Positions 1 through 12,538 of a stretch of DNA of 64,000 nucleotides are shown one piece after another. The translations under genes and the position numbers were made by a program. Each line of letters begins with the position of its first letter. The first letter of the stretch is position 1. The notes under the pieces are model-generated. The model saw nothing but the letters and a program-made list of their open reading frames with translations. It did not search any database and was not told the origin of the DNA. The stretch is from Massalongia carnosa. Its lineage: Eukaryota. Location: contig OZ287076.1 in the NCBI GenBank assembly GCA_965645245.1, positions 1,860,001-1,924,000 on the forward strand. The letters run 5' to 3'.

Positions 1-889
1 CATTGTTCCCTCGGTAGATGGACCTTGCTCCGTCACGTACGGCACCTGGAACCCGAGATATTGTGGCTGTTCCGCTATATCTGAAGCTGGAAATGCGGAA
101 GTTATTGTATTTGATGTTTCGAAGCTGGAAAATGGAGCCTCTTCCACAGAAGCCGGAATCTGGCCGTCCGTAGAAGCAAGCTGTTCCCATAACGAAGCAC
201 CTTCCCCCGGTGTAGAAAGCGCTCTCGCCCCCTGGGGATCTGTCTTGGAATGCTGAGCAGGAAGGGTTATCCTGCAGCATCCGATATCGTCACCGATGGG
301 GTTACATTGGCCGTCCCTACAGCATTCCATTAGCAGTGTTCTAGCGGAACGACTAACAGAATAGAATGGTGTGGGGCACAAACTCGGTGAGCTCGTATTT
401 ACTTGCAGCATTCGGCGAGTGTTCGTTGGACTTGCATTTGTTACGATTCATACAGAGATATGTTTTAGAACCATCTTGATGGCTGAATTGATCTTGCCAA
501 GGGGCGCATTGAGCTCTGTAGCAGCATCGCAATGAGGATCTGGAGTTGCCTTGGAAGCAGAAGCTTCGGTCAGCGAGGGCAAAGTGATAAATTGGGAAGC
601 AAGGGAGTTTTCACTGGTGGCCACCGTGGGTATGATGGGAATGGAAACGCCATGGACACAGTTGTTAACTGTTTTCCATGTGCCGTCCGGGTACTGTATG
701 AGGTCAGACGTGAGACTGTGAAACCAAGGGGTGACTCCATACACCAGGATATTTGCAAAAGCCATTGACTTTCACATCTCCCTCTTGACGAGAAGCTAAG
801 TAATTCAACACAGGAGGCGTTGCAAGCGGCGTCGCAAGAGCCAGATGCACCGCCGAAGCAATGATGGAATAAACAAAGAGACCCATCAT
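1..889 (-). CDS. Putative secreted Cys-rich protein, multi-exon; 3' part uncertain (possible frameshift), may run off the window
   Basis: Signal-peptide-like start MMGLFVYSIIASAVHLALA. GT..CTGAC..AG introns can join FCKYPG|YPDGTWKTVNNCVHG...|NSRSSLRCCYRAQC...LCMNRNKC. A further GTAAAT..GCTAAT..TAG intron precedes a CC-containing, Ser/Thr-rich segment whose frame does not join cleanly. Confidence 0.45.
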
Positions 890-1997
890 GCCAAGTTAGG
901 ATCTAAGCTTTAAAAGAGAGAAAACGATCCAAGAAAACTTTACGATAAGAAAAGACACATGGCGAACGACGAGCTTCAAGTATTCCCAGGACGGGAAATC
1001 TGTCTCGTGGTTCGGTCAACAAACTAATTCGGAGTCGATTGGCCATCATGATCCTGATCGTATGAACGCACGTAGACTTAGACGCCACCACCGTAGTTGC
1101 GATCCATCCACAAATCACCCGGTCGCTGGAGAAAGTGCCTCAGACGCCGGGCCGCTCCAAGGATATCCATTTGCTCTGAACCACATGCTGGCTGCACTAA
1201 CAGAGTAGGTCGGTTAGAGTTACAGATAACAGAGTAGTGTATCACGGAAGGCAAGCCGATTCTGTGGCTAGCGGACGTTTCATGTTTCAACGGCCTTATG
1301 AAGAGCTCGACGAAACAACCGGCGAGATCAAGGTATCTGGATATTTCCCGGCAGGCGAGACATGCACGATGTAACCATCTGGGGCTTTGAGAACTTCGAC
1401 GAGATGTATCACAGTTCAAACGCCTTTGATTGAATGGATCGAATGATCTGACAGTGGAGAGGTGAGCGCGAACGTCTGTTGTGTTGGTGCATATGCTGAT
1501 GAAATTGGTGCTGGAAAGAATACATAAAGTCAAGCCACCGAAGAGTCAAAGATTTGGGGTCAAAGACTCCCGACACGATGCCGTGTCATGTCGTCGTACT
1601 CTGTAGCACCCAATGAGCTCGGCACAGGTACTCGTACGAGCTACTTTGTACAAAGTAACTAGGTAAGTCAACCAAGTCAAGCTAAGTAAGCAGCTCACGT
1701 GACATTCATCGAGTCCTTCGACTAAAACGGAATAACATGTTGTTTTCACCTGATCGTTGAACGGACCACCTGTGGAATTTGTCGAACCTAGCGATCCACA
1801 ATCCCGTTCGGTTATCCCCGCTTAAGGCGATCGAGCGAAAATGCGGGGACGGCAATGACGAACAGCTCAAGTTACTCAAAAAAAATTGAACATGGCAAAG
1901 AATGTATGAAATGAATACGAAGAATCACAATTAGATTGGAAATGATCAATTTTCGTCAATGGATTCATTCAATTCTATTCTGCTCTTTCCTCGTAAA

Positions 1998-2125
1998 TGT
2001 GACGAAGCGAGATAATGAATATATTTCGCCACCTGTCCCGGCAAAAGGCACAATACTTAGTCCGCAGACTAAGCTCTATTCCCCTATAACTCGGAATCCC
2101 GACCACGCATGGTCGAATCGTTACA
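1998..2125 (+). mobile_element. Solo LTR (family A)
   Basis: TGTGACGA...TCGTTACA termini and 5-bp TSD GTAAA (1993-1997, 2126-2130). Homologous to the reverse complement of 32059-32228. Confidence 0.85.
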
Positions 2126-2944
2126 GTAAAAAAGCATCATTTTGCCTTTTTTTTATTTTTTACTTTTATTTCGACGTAGATGCAATCAAAAATAACTTTA
2201 TAAGTAAGCAAACCATATCGAAATTCATAAACAACCTCACGACGAGTAATATTAATCATTTCGAGAATTAATAATAAGGACCAATTAATTAATCAGGCGT
2301 TATGTTTACTCAAGACACGCTAATCCGAATTGGAAACCCATTCAATTCTGGGTGACACGAATATATCACTTCGATTTTCGTCAAACACGAGGAAACCTGA
2401 TTCCTTGTACAACGTACCAGTACCTTCACTGCATGCATTTCCTTGGTTCGGAGATTCTGGTGTCTCGCTGGACTGGCATCTGTCCGCTGATGCGTTGGTA
2501 TATTTCTCTTGATACTTCAACCTTCGATGCAAAGTAGAGCCTTTGTTGTGATTCTATGGCTCTACATCTTCAGATGATCTTCTCGTGCTCTCTTTTCGAC
2601 ATTCGATTAATGCAGATAGAGTCATGTCCAATCCTCAGGCAGACACAGCGACCCTGCTTCACAACCCGTAAAGGATTTTATATTGTGTGCGATGTGAATC
2701 ATGTCCCCAACAACTCATCCCGCTGGTGAATTTCACTTCCTAGTCACCACTCCGATGTATCGAAGGGTATCCTAGAACGCAGGGTAGACGGAACTCATTG
2801 CCTCAGTGAATGACGCTTTCACTCTGCTCTATTTTGGGTACATGAAGGCCGCTGTATTCTCTACTTTCGCTCTCTTCCACTCCCTCCTCCTTCACCTTAA
2901 ACATACCTCACAAGATAATACACATTGGATTGGCAAAACAAGCC

Positions 2945-4692
2945 ATGTTCACCATGCCCCAACGCCAACTGTTCTCCTCCTCCTGGTTTGGCATTGGCAT
3001 CCCGGTCCTTTTTTCCGCCCTGGTCATCATTCCCCTTCTTATCAATCGAAGCCGTCGACAGTGCATTTTCGCTCGAGTCATGGATACGACGGGAATCGGT
3101 GCAGCGCTGGCACAGCAAGACGATCCAGATCGCCAGGTTAGGATTCCAGAGATCTTGCTAGAAGACTTCGATAAGGACATGGCACATATCGATGTTTGCT
3201 GGGAAGCTATGAACAGCAATGAATGTGCGACTGTTTGGCCCGAGATTCTAGATAAGTGTGACTGGGGCATAACGTTCATTCATAATGCCTATCAGGCCAA
3301 GCAGGCGATGAAAGAGCATGGTTTTAGCAGGTAAGTGGCAATCCATTCAGAAGCCGCCTATGTTCGATATTTCCGTACATTCTAACTTCCGATCATAGTG
3401 ATGCTGCCGCCCAGGCACAAATGTGCTTCACGCTAAAAGTATTGCTGGCGCGAAAAACACTCAACTTCGATCCTGAGAACTTGGTCTTGGGCCCTCGTCC
3501 CCGCATGGCTACCACGACACTCCCCACTCTCGCAATATTAGCCCGCCGTCTCGGCTTAATATGGCAAAGATTCGAACCTGAAACCGGCGTCCTCCTTGCG
3601 GAAGGAAACAATCAGCATCTAACCTCTATCCCCACCTCCAGCCTCGGCTCCCTCACTGTCCAATACAGCACCAGTAGCACCCCCAATTTCTCCCCAGCCG
3701 AAAATCCACACCTCATTATCCCCACGCCCCTTGCTACGTCATTCCTCTTCGGCACCATCCCCGCATTCCCCCAACTCGCCCTTCCAGCTTTCAGTATCGG
3801 CTCCATTTCTGCCGTACATGCCACGGCCAACATGCTCGATCCGTCCGGGGGCACATCGCAAAAGATTAAAGACGTCCGCGCTGTCATCGAGCCTCACTGC
3901 ACTCTGGGTTTCTCCGACCTCATTCCCCTCGCCTCACCTATGCTACGCGCTCATGGATCGCCCATCACGCGCGTGCCAAGCCCATCGCAGTACACAGGCG
4001 GCCTGTTTCGCCACGAAGCAGGGTTTAAAATATTTCGGCACAAATTGAGCGAATACATCGCCGAGCGCGAGCCCCGCGGTTCTGTCTCCGATCGCACGAA
4101 ATGGGTATTGGCACAGTATGACACTCTCCACGCCGCCTTTCCGAACCTCTGGGAGACCGAAGTTCAGCCCTTTGACAGCATCAACTCTGCATCGCGCCTC
4201 CCCTTCTTGGAAAAATGCCACGATGTCTGGGACGAGTGCACGGCATATTTTGTGCATTTGAACGCCGGCCGAACGCTCGCCACGCTATCCGCGCCGGGCT
4301 TCACCTACGTCGACCTTATTGCCGCCCACCTCAAGCACGCAGTTGGGTACTGCGGCGACGCATGGACAAATGTCAAAGCCGGCAAGGCGAGAGACTCGCT
4401 CGGCTGCCACGATTGGATCGCCGAGGGCGCGCATCTCTACTGGGACTATCTCCCTCGCGTCGTGGCTAGTTTGCGCGAGAAGAGCAGCGCGCCTTACCAG
4501 CATCAGGAAGGGAAAAAGCTTCGGAGGAACCTCCTGAACGAGGATCTCGTGCGAGAGGCGTGGATGGTGATGGTGCTCAGAGCGTTTTGCTGGTGGCGTT
4601 GCCACTGGACGGATCAGGGATGGGTGGGGGAGGAGGAGAGCCGGGTGGAGCCAAGGTGGAGAGGGAGTAAGGCGAGGGTATTTGTGTTTTAG
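2945..4692 (+). CDS. Modin-like fungal protein with an N-terminal hydrophobic segment (2 exons: 2945-3330, 3399-4692)
   Basis: Intron GTAAGT..CTAAC..TAG at 3331-3398 joins both ORFs in frame. LAILARRLGLIWQRFEPETGVLLAEGN and the C-terminal WMVMVLRAFCWWRCH resemble, from recall, fungal proteins annotated as modin. Confidence 0.65.
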
Positions 4693-5729
4693 GGGTTGAT
4701 GGGATCACAGAAAGGGAGGTCGGGAGCAGATCCAAGGAGAGATTTGTGGGGGTATGGAGGAAGAAATGAGATTTGACTAGACAAGAGAATTTTTGGATAG
4801 TTTGATGTTTGCGTGCGGGGTGGGGGGTTGTAACTTCAGGCTGAGCGAACTCGGAATATCTAGATGACTGTGCTTCTCTACGTGCTTGCCACTCAACAAA
4901 TTTATTTCCGTCCCTGTCTAAGCTAGCGAACGAATTTCGCCAAACCGCAACCGTGATACCATCTCGGAGAGATGTCATGTTCAGAGTTACTCGCATTGAA
5001 TCAACGCAGGCAGTGCTGGTTTTGGGGTATCGACGGAACGGCTTGATGGTTTTGGATTGCTGATATGTGAGGATGTGGTAGGGATTTTATGATTGAAGAC
5101 TTTCGATCAAGACAAGATATTGTCACGTGTGGGGGTGATTTTTGGTCTCGGGGGCGGCTGCCTGCGTGCCTGCCTAACTAATTGATTCATTCGTATTCTG
5201 TAACTATATACTGTAACCATAACTAGAGAAAGACGTCGTCTCGTGACGAAATCTTACACATCATTTAGTTACACCAAATCATCTTTTATTTATACATTTA
5301 TCACGTCGCACATTAGCATCCTAGTTGCGCCTGTCACCTTCTAGTTATACATATATCGGGATTTTTTACTCCGTAGATCCTCAACAAACCTGTCTTGCTG
5401 ATATCTATTTCCCGGATGCCACCTTGTTTTCGAGCCTACTATTTGTATCGGATATAATTAAAGCATCGAATGGACCTCCGATTCAGAGCTGAGGACGAGG
5501 TGGTGGAGGCAGGACATAAATTTAAGAAGGAGCCTTAGCTGATGTCATGCAGGCTTTTTTCGTTAAAGGAAAACGCTGCTTGTCTGTATGCCTGGTGTCG
5601 GGTGAACTTCGGAATCATACTTAATCGGGCTAACTAACTAGTTTTGGAAGTGGAAGGGTGTCAATGTAAAAAAATAGGTGTGTCAGTAGCGAATAGTGGT
5701 GTGTCCCAAAAATTATATTCATTAGAGCA

Positions 5730-6025
5730 CAACTCCGGCCTCCGTGCGGAAGCTACAATCCTCAAGGTTCTGAATGGTCATCCTCGAATCGTTAAGCTGA
5801 TAGAGAAGACGAGAGTGGTCTGTAGCTTGAGCTTGTGCCCCATGGGCGACTGGACGAGTATCTAAGCTATCCTACATCTTACAAGACCGATACAGATGTC
5901 GACAAGCCGCGGAAACTACAGCTTACATACATCGTAAAGGCGTAATACACTGCGATATCAGGCTGGGCAATCTGCTGCTAGACCAAAATTTCGACATCAA
6001 GATGTGTGACTTCCAGGGAATCTAT
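5730..6025 (+). pseudogene. Protein kinase pseudogene fragment
   Basis: EATILKVLNGHPRIVKL, then after frame disruptions AYIHRKGVIHCDIRLGNLLLDQNFDIKMCDFQG (catalytic loop and DFG-like motif). Truncated afterwards. Confidence 0.75.
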
Positions 6026-6757
6026 CGCGCGCACGGCACTCAATCGATCTTTAGCACTTTATATTTTATCAACCGCAAGTCCGCCGAATAAGAAGCCAGA
6101 GGTTGCATACATGGTCGCTACGTACCTAGCGTTTAGGGCAGTTCTCTCTGCGCTTCGCTAATTGCGCCAAGCTATTATCCTTCTAGACGCCGCAACTGGT
6201 GGTGCAGCGTCACATAAGACTCTTGGGTGGGTGGGTATGCTTTGGTGAGGCCTTGCATGTTTTGTATTTGACGGGTATGATATCGCGATCACACATTATG
6301 TTTGATGTGGTTGGGCGGTGTGGATGATTATAGAAAGATTTGCCTTGCGATAATGATTGCTGTTGATATAGAACAATAAATCAAAGGACTGGCGCGATGT
6401 TGATTGATTGATTGATTCATACACCGATCCAAGGGCCGAAGGCCCTTATGCGGGAGTGCTAAACTACATCGGGGGGTGTCCCAGGGGATGGGTATCTAAG
6501 TCTGCTGAGGGCAGAATTGCTGCACTAAGCGCTGAAAGTACAAAAAATACAAAAACTCTTTTAGCTGTACAAGGGGTTGTGAATGCAAGGAAGAGGGAAA
6601 AGAAGACACGAACAGAGGGACAAACCGCTTGAGACAAATCGATAAATAGAACTCCAACGCCACCCTCCTGGGCCCCTGTGCTTGGTGTTGATACATGCAA
6701 GCCCTACCATGGTAGAGACTATTCTGTGAGCGGGATAAAACAAGAGCCGGCCTGCCG

Positions 6758-9700
6758 TTAACTCGTGGATTGTTCGGTTGCTATCCTCACGTCTCCAAAT
6801 TGGCCGAGGAGACGTGAGGATAGCATGAATTTGGATGCTGCCTTGGCCAGTCTGGGGGTGCTAAAAATTTCTTGGAGATCGAACACCTTCCGGCCTATCC
6901 AGATAGTCTCCATGCGCAATCGATGGTGCCTGACGCACTCCAGAAGTACATGGTGAACTGTTTGATAACCGAAGCCGCATGGGCATTCGCCCGTTTCGGT
7001 GCGGCCTATATCTGAGAGATACTTGCGTAGACCAATCTTACCTGTTCTCATCTGCACCAGGGTGGAACTCATTGACTTGTGAAGCCCCTGGTAGAGCTGC
7101 AAGACCTTGTTAGTGGGCTGGGGGAGGAGCTTTTTCGTCATCTGTCCGCGTTTTTCTGCCTCTCAATCCCTAGCCCATTCTTTGCTGATCATTGTCCTCA
7201 TGTTGCGTTTTATCGCCGACTTCACTGTGTGTCCGAGGAAGTCGAAGTGGGTGATGGAGGGACTCTGGCCAGGTTCTAACCAGCCTGATGCTTCTTTTGC
7301 TGCTTGGTCTGCTATCTCGTTGCCTTCTACTCCCATATGCCCAGGTATCCAGCAGAGTCTGACTCTGGCCTGCATCTCCCGGCATGCGTGAAGTTTTCCA
7401 ATGATCTCGCGTAGTATGAACTGACCTGATTGAGTTCCGGGGTCGGCTACTGATTTGATGGCTGATTGATTATCTGCAAAAACCGTTATTATCTCCCCTT
7501 GCCATCGTGCAATAGCCGCTGCCAGTCCCAGGTCGATGCCCACTAGTTCCGCGAGGTAAACTGTGGCTTCTTTGTTCGTTCCGAGGCGGGTTCCTACCCG
7601 TGTGTTGTCGCTGGGGATGACCGCTGCCGCACCAACTCCGAAGGGGTTATCACTCCCATCCGTGTATATGACTATTTGGTTCGGCTCTGATGTCATCTTG
7701 TCATGCTCTTTGATTGCTTCCTCTTTACTGGAAGCAATGTGCGTTTCGGGGGGAGACCACCATGGTTCCACTATGAATGGAAGAATGACCTCTAACCGCC
7801 AGGGTTGAGGGCATTTCCCCGAAGTCATTAAGCGGGACTCTAGCTTAGCTAGAGGGCTCCAGTATCGATAGTGGGAGTCCGCTTGGCTTGTCCAGGCGCG
7901 GATCTCACGTATTATGGCGTAAAGGGGGCTTGAACGTATGCGCAGTAGTGACTCGTTCACTGCCTGCTCCATGCGTTGCCGGCCAGGCAGGAGGTGAAGC
8001 TCCATATCCAAGGCCGGGCCCGAGGTTGTTCTAAATGCCCCTGAAATGATCAGTGCCGCCCGTCGCTGAATAGATCTGACGGCTTTGAGCACGGCGGTTG
8101 CTTGCGTGATAGTCCCGTATCCGCCCTCGGGAACATACCATGCAGAGCATCCAAAGGTGAGTTGCGGTAGTATGGTGGCTTGATAGATCCTTCGAAGGCT
8201 CGCAAGACTGGTGCCTCATGTGGAGCCCGCAAGGCTGCCTAGGGCCCCCAGTCTCTTTGAGATTTTGGCTTCCAGTTTCCTTAAATGGGCGTGCCATTTG
8301 AGCTTGTCGTCGAATGTGGCGCCCAGGTAGGTGGCGGTATGCTGTGGCTTGATGGTTTTGCCCGCTAGGGAGATAGCTCTCTCTGGGGGGTTCAAATCCG
8401 TCTCTGAGGGTCCTTTGATAAAGTGCAAGAGCTGGAATTTGGCGGGGGCAAATTTGGAGGCGTGTGTGTCCGCCCATTTCTGCTCTCTCGTCATGAACGA
8501 GGCTTCGAGATTTCTACAGTTCTGTTCTGCTGAAGTTCCAATAATTAGTTTGGATATGTCATCGACATAGCCCAAGTTCATCTTTTTGGGCCCTTCCTCT
8601 TCCATAAGGTCGGCGTTGTAGAAGAGATAAAGAATAGGAGATATAGGGGATCCCTGAGGAACTCCAAAGTTCGTGGTGAATGGTTGCGAGGTGTAGTCGG
8701 GCATGGCGATGGTCGTTTTCCTTTCCTGAAGGAAGCTTTCGATCCATTTAGCTATGTTGCCGCCTATTCTTCTCTTCCGTAGGTTGTGCAGTAGTCTTTC
8801 GTGGGATACGTTATAGTAAGCACCCGAGATGTCCAGCATGAGCACTGTGGCCACTTCGTTGTTAAGCCAGGCTGCGTGGATGGCCTCTAGGAGCAGATGG
8901 AGGGCGTGTTCGGGTGATCTAGCTCGCCTGCCGCCTATATGGAGTCTGGGGAGTAGGCTCTCGGTCTCCACCGCGTGATTGATTCTGGTTGCAATGATCT
9001 TCTCCATAGTCTTACCTAAAGTGTTGAGCAAGGCTATGGGTCTGTATGAATTCGGCAAACTGTAGTCGGCCTTAGCTGGTTTTCTGAGAACCACCGTGGT
9101 GGATTCTCTGAAAGCATTGGGGTGATGACCCAGTTCCCAGCTGGCGTTATACAGAGCTACAAGTGTGGGCATGATGAGCGGTAACACATCTCTGAGGATT
9201 CTATTAGGCAGTCCGTCGGGGCCTGGGCCGGAGAGTGGTGCTGCCTTTGTGATGGCTTTAGTTATTTCCCGAGCTGAGATGGGAGCAAATTGGATTGGCT
9301 CTGGATAGTGATAATCGGCGATGTCTTCAAGATTGGTCGCGTCCGGGATAGGAAAAACTGTCTGCGAAGCAGTTCAGCCTTGCCCGAGGCCTCCGTCACT
9401 TTGGAGCCATCGCTTTTCATTAGGGTTGGGGTGAAGGCTTGGAATGGGGTCGACCTGTTCTTAGCCCATTTCGCAAGCTTCCAGAGACCATCTGGAGTGC
9501 TGGTGGCCTTCTCTACCCTGTCCCTATGTGTTGTCTTAAGAGCTTTTTGTACGATTTTGTTTTTGCTGTTTCTCGCCTCTCGGTAGGCTTCCCAGTCTTC
9601 CAGAGAGCGCGTTTCCTTATGCTTGCGCCTGAGACGTCTGCATAGGGTGACTGCCTCTTTGCATTCCGGGGTAAAGCCAGGTTTTGAATGATTGCACCCT

Positions 9701-10612
9701 CTAGAAAGTGGGACTGCTGTCTCCACTGCGTGCTGGATAGCTTCAACTAACTCATGGGCCAAGTTGTCGAGTTCTTGAACTGTGCTCACGCTCCTAGGTG
9801 CCGGGAGCTTGTCTGTCATCGTGTCTAGTAGCTTTTTCCTATCAGTCTTAGACCACATGCGAGAGGACCTTATGGCCCTCTTAACTGTGGTGATATCGAA
9901 TGCTGTGCCAATGGGGTAGTGATCTGAGTCACAATCCAACTCTCTTCTCACATCGCACATGACTACGGCTGAAGCCACTGCGGGGGTTGCGAACGTTAAG
10001 TCTATCGTGCTCTGTGCTGATCTATGATCGTATGTTATGGTGCTAGAGGGGAGCAGAAGTTCTAGCTCGCTTTGATCGAGAATCTCCAGTAGTTGGTCTG
10101 CCTCCAGATGTTGATGATGGTAGTCTTCGCCAGTCCATAGGGGATGGTGAAGATTGAAGTCCCCTACCATTATGTGTTCTCCCTCCACCTCTAGCGCCTT
10201 GCTTAGGTCTGGCAAGGTGCTGTAGTTTCCCTGAGAGGGGGAGGGATTGTAGATGTTATGGATATTGATGACTCGCTGGGTTTCGCCAGGAAATTCCAAG
10301 TGCAAAGTCATCAGATCGGGAGAGTGGAAGGTTACCTTCCAAGAGGCGCTTGCTATGTCTTTGTTGACGAACATTGCATACTCTCGGAGGGAGCTCTTGT
10401 TCTCCTGTTTCGGGGGGATAGAGAAGGTGGAAAACATTTTTGACCGGATTGTGCGTGGTGTGTTGATAGGGGTTCCCCGCCCAGGGTTCCTGGATGGCCA
10501 GGATGCCGTATTTCATGGTTTCCTCCCTGCGAAGGAAGTCCGCCATGACAGTGTTCTTGGCTTTGTTGCAGTTGTACTGAAGTATGGACAGATAGTGGGT
10601 GTATTCACTCAT
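6758..10612 (-). pseudogene. LINE ORF2: AP endonuclease, reverse transcriptase, RNase H and C-terminal Cys/His motif; disrupted
   Basis: ILQYNC, IQEP, GDFNLHH, SDH (APE); YRPIALL, GVPQGSPISP, YVDD (RT); YTDGS, WIPGH, GNEIAD (RNase H); CPCG..HVLLEC. Frameshifts near 10374 and 9350; TGA stops at 8216-8218 and 7163-7165. Confidence 0.92.
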
Positions 10613-12290
10613 AGTTCCTCTTCTGTCTGAGTACTGGGCTGCAAGCGACGGGTTGCCGATCTGGTGGTCATTGAAGAACTATCGTCGTTCTCCTTATCGC
10701 TCAAGACCTCCACAGCCTTCGAGGAGGGTTTCTTCTTTCCCTTCTTAGAAGCTGCTTGTGCCATGCTCCTGTTGGTAGAACTGGGGTTGTCTGCCAGGGG
10801 CTCTACCTCCCCATGCGCCCGCTTCTTCCCCTTGCGGAGAGTTTGCACGGTTTGCCAATCTTTCTCTCGTACAGAGCCCGTTCGAGGGCCCTGTTCCACC
10901 TGGGTTGAAGCTGGGGTCACCTCACTGCTTGTCGTGACCGTCGGCGTGGTCGATGCCGGCGGACTGCTCCGTTCTTGTTCCTGACCATTTAGGGTCTCCC
11001 TTGAGGAGGCCCTGAGAGGCCAGAAGGGGAGAGCTTCTTCTTTGGCCCGCTTCATTCGGGCCTTTTCCTTCTTTCGCTCCGGGCAAGACTCTGCGCTTGC
11101 CCCGTGGCCCTCCTTGCCACACGCATTGCATTTGAGAGTGACCGATTTGCAATCGGTCATATGTTTGACTTCTGTCGGCAAGCATGGCTCGTGTGACCAT
11201 ACTTACCGCACCGGAAACATTGCCTAAGCCTGGCCTCCGGAACATGTCTTTCCACCGCGAAAGATCTCCCATCCAAATATAGCTGCGAGGCCAAAATGGC
11301 ATTGCAGTCTAATTCGTTCTCAAAGTATACCACCATGGATCTAGCTGTGGCTCCTGCCTTACTCGTGCGGGACAACCATTCTACTCCTGTTACCCTATTC
11401 CTAACGGGCATATGTGACTTATTTTCCTCCCAGAGGCGTTCCTTGATGTCTGTCATGCTTAGATTAGCCGGTACAAAGTGCGCGATTAAGCCGAAGCTTG
11501 GCTGTATTATAGTAGCTTTGCTCGATAGCCTGATGGCCCATCGGGTGTCTTTTCTTAGGCGTTCCGTGTCTGAGGCGTTGTTGACTATTACCTGTAGGTC
11601 TCCGCTAGGGAGGACCCTTGCTGCTATTGCTACGGCTGCTGCCTTGGCTGTGCCATTGGAAATAGGGGGGGCGGAAGCGTTTTGATTGGTCGGAATTCTC
11701 GTGTTGTTATGATCCTTTAACGCGTTAGATATTGCCGCGTTGATTCTGTCTTTGAGCGCTGAGGAGGCCAGTTTGGCCAGATCCTTTGCTATGGCTTCGT
11801 TGTTCAGTTTGACGACGATTTCACGAGCTTTCTTTTCTAGTATAGGAGCGGGGATGGACGTCCCCGAAAGCGTAGAGATCGTTGGGGCCGAGGCAGCAAA
11901 GGCTGCCCGTTCTGCCCAGGTTATCGTCCTCTTGTAGCCAGTAGTGGCCGCGGAGGAGGTAGTGGGTGTTGTGCGGGCGGTGTCTTGCTTGCGCTCGACA
12001 TAGGTGACTTTAGTGAGCGTTTGCTCTGTAGTGTTCTTTATTTGGTTGATGGTAACTTGGAGCTGATCCATTGTGGGCTGGTTGCGCATCTTCTCCAGTA
12101 GGCTGAGCATACTGGAGAGTAACGGGGTGTAAGACTGAACCTTCATAGGTCTTTGCTTCTGATATGCCTCGCAGTTAGTTAAGTTATTAAGCACATTGGT
12201 GAGGAAGTGACGATGCTCGTCTAGTGAATCGGGGGGGCGTCGTTGGGCACGACAAAAGAGCTCCCCATGGTTGCCACAATGCAGCCACAA
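10609..12290 (-). pseudogene. LINE ORF1 (gag-like nucleic-acid-binding protein), frameshifted
   Basis: CFRCGKYGHTSHAC and CNACGKEGHGASAESC knuckles. The middle knuckle looks partly deleted at the frameshift near 11170. Exact start uncertain. Confidence 0.85.
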
Positions 12291-12538
12291 CAGAAGGGAC
12301 GATATAACTTTCGGCCAAGATAGCTACAGAGTCGGGGAGCAATTCTACGTGATCACAATGACTATTGAGGGCTTGTTTGGGTAACGAATGCAATTTCTAG
12401 TGCTAGCTAAAAAGTGCGAAAGTTTTGGACTGGCGCGATGTAGTTCTTATGTGGGAAAAACAAAAATACCGATTTACGGTATGACAATTAAAAAGAAAAA
12501 GAAACTTTAACTTACCTGGCGCCTGAAAAGAGGAGATG

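Larger units (their letters stand above)
6401..12426 (-). mobile_element. Full-length Tad1-like LINE (non-LTR retrotransposon), inactivated
   Basis: 15-bp TSD GGACTGGCGCGATGT at 6386-6400 and 12427-12441; (AATC)n 3' tail; gag-like ORF1 with zinc knuckles; ORF2 with APE, RT and RNase H. Confidence 0.95.

Noticed and set aside
5199..5273. TGTAACTA...TAGTTACA, resembling a mini solo LTR
   Set aside because: No target-site duplication and very short.
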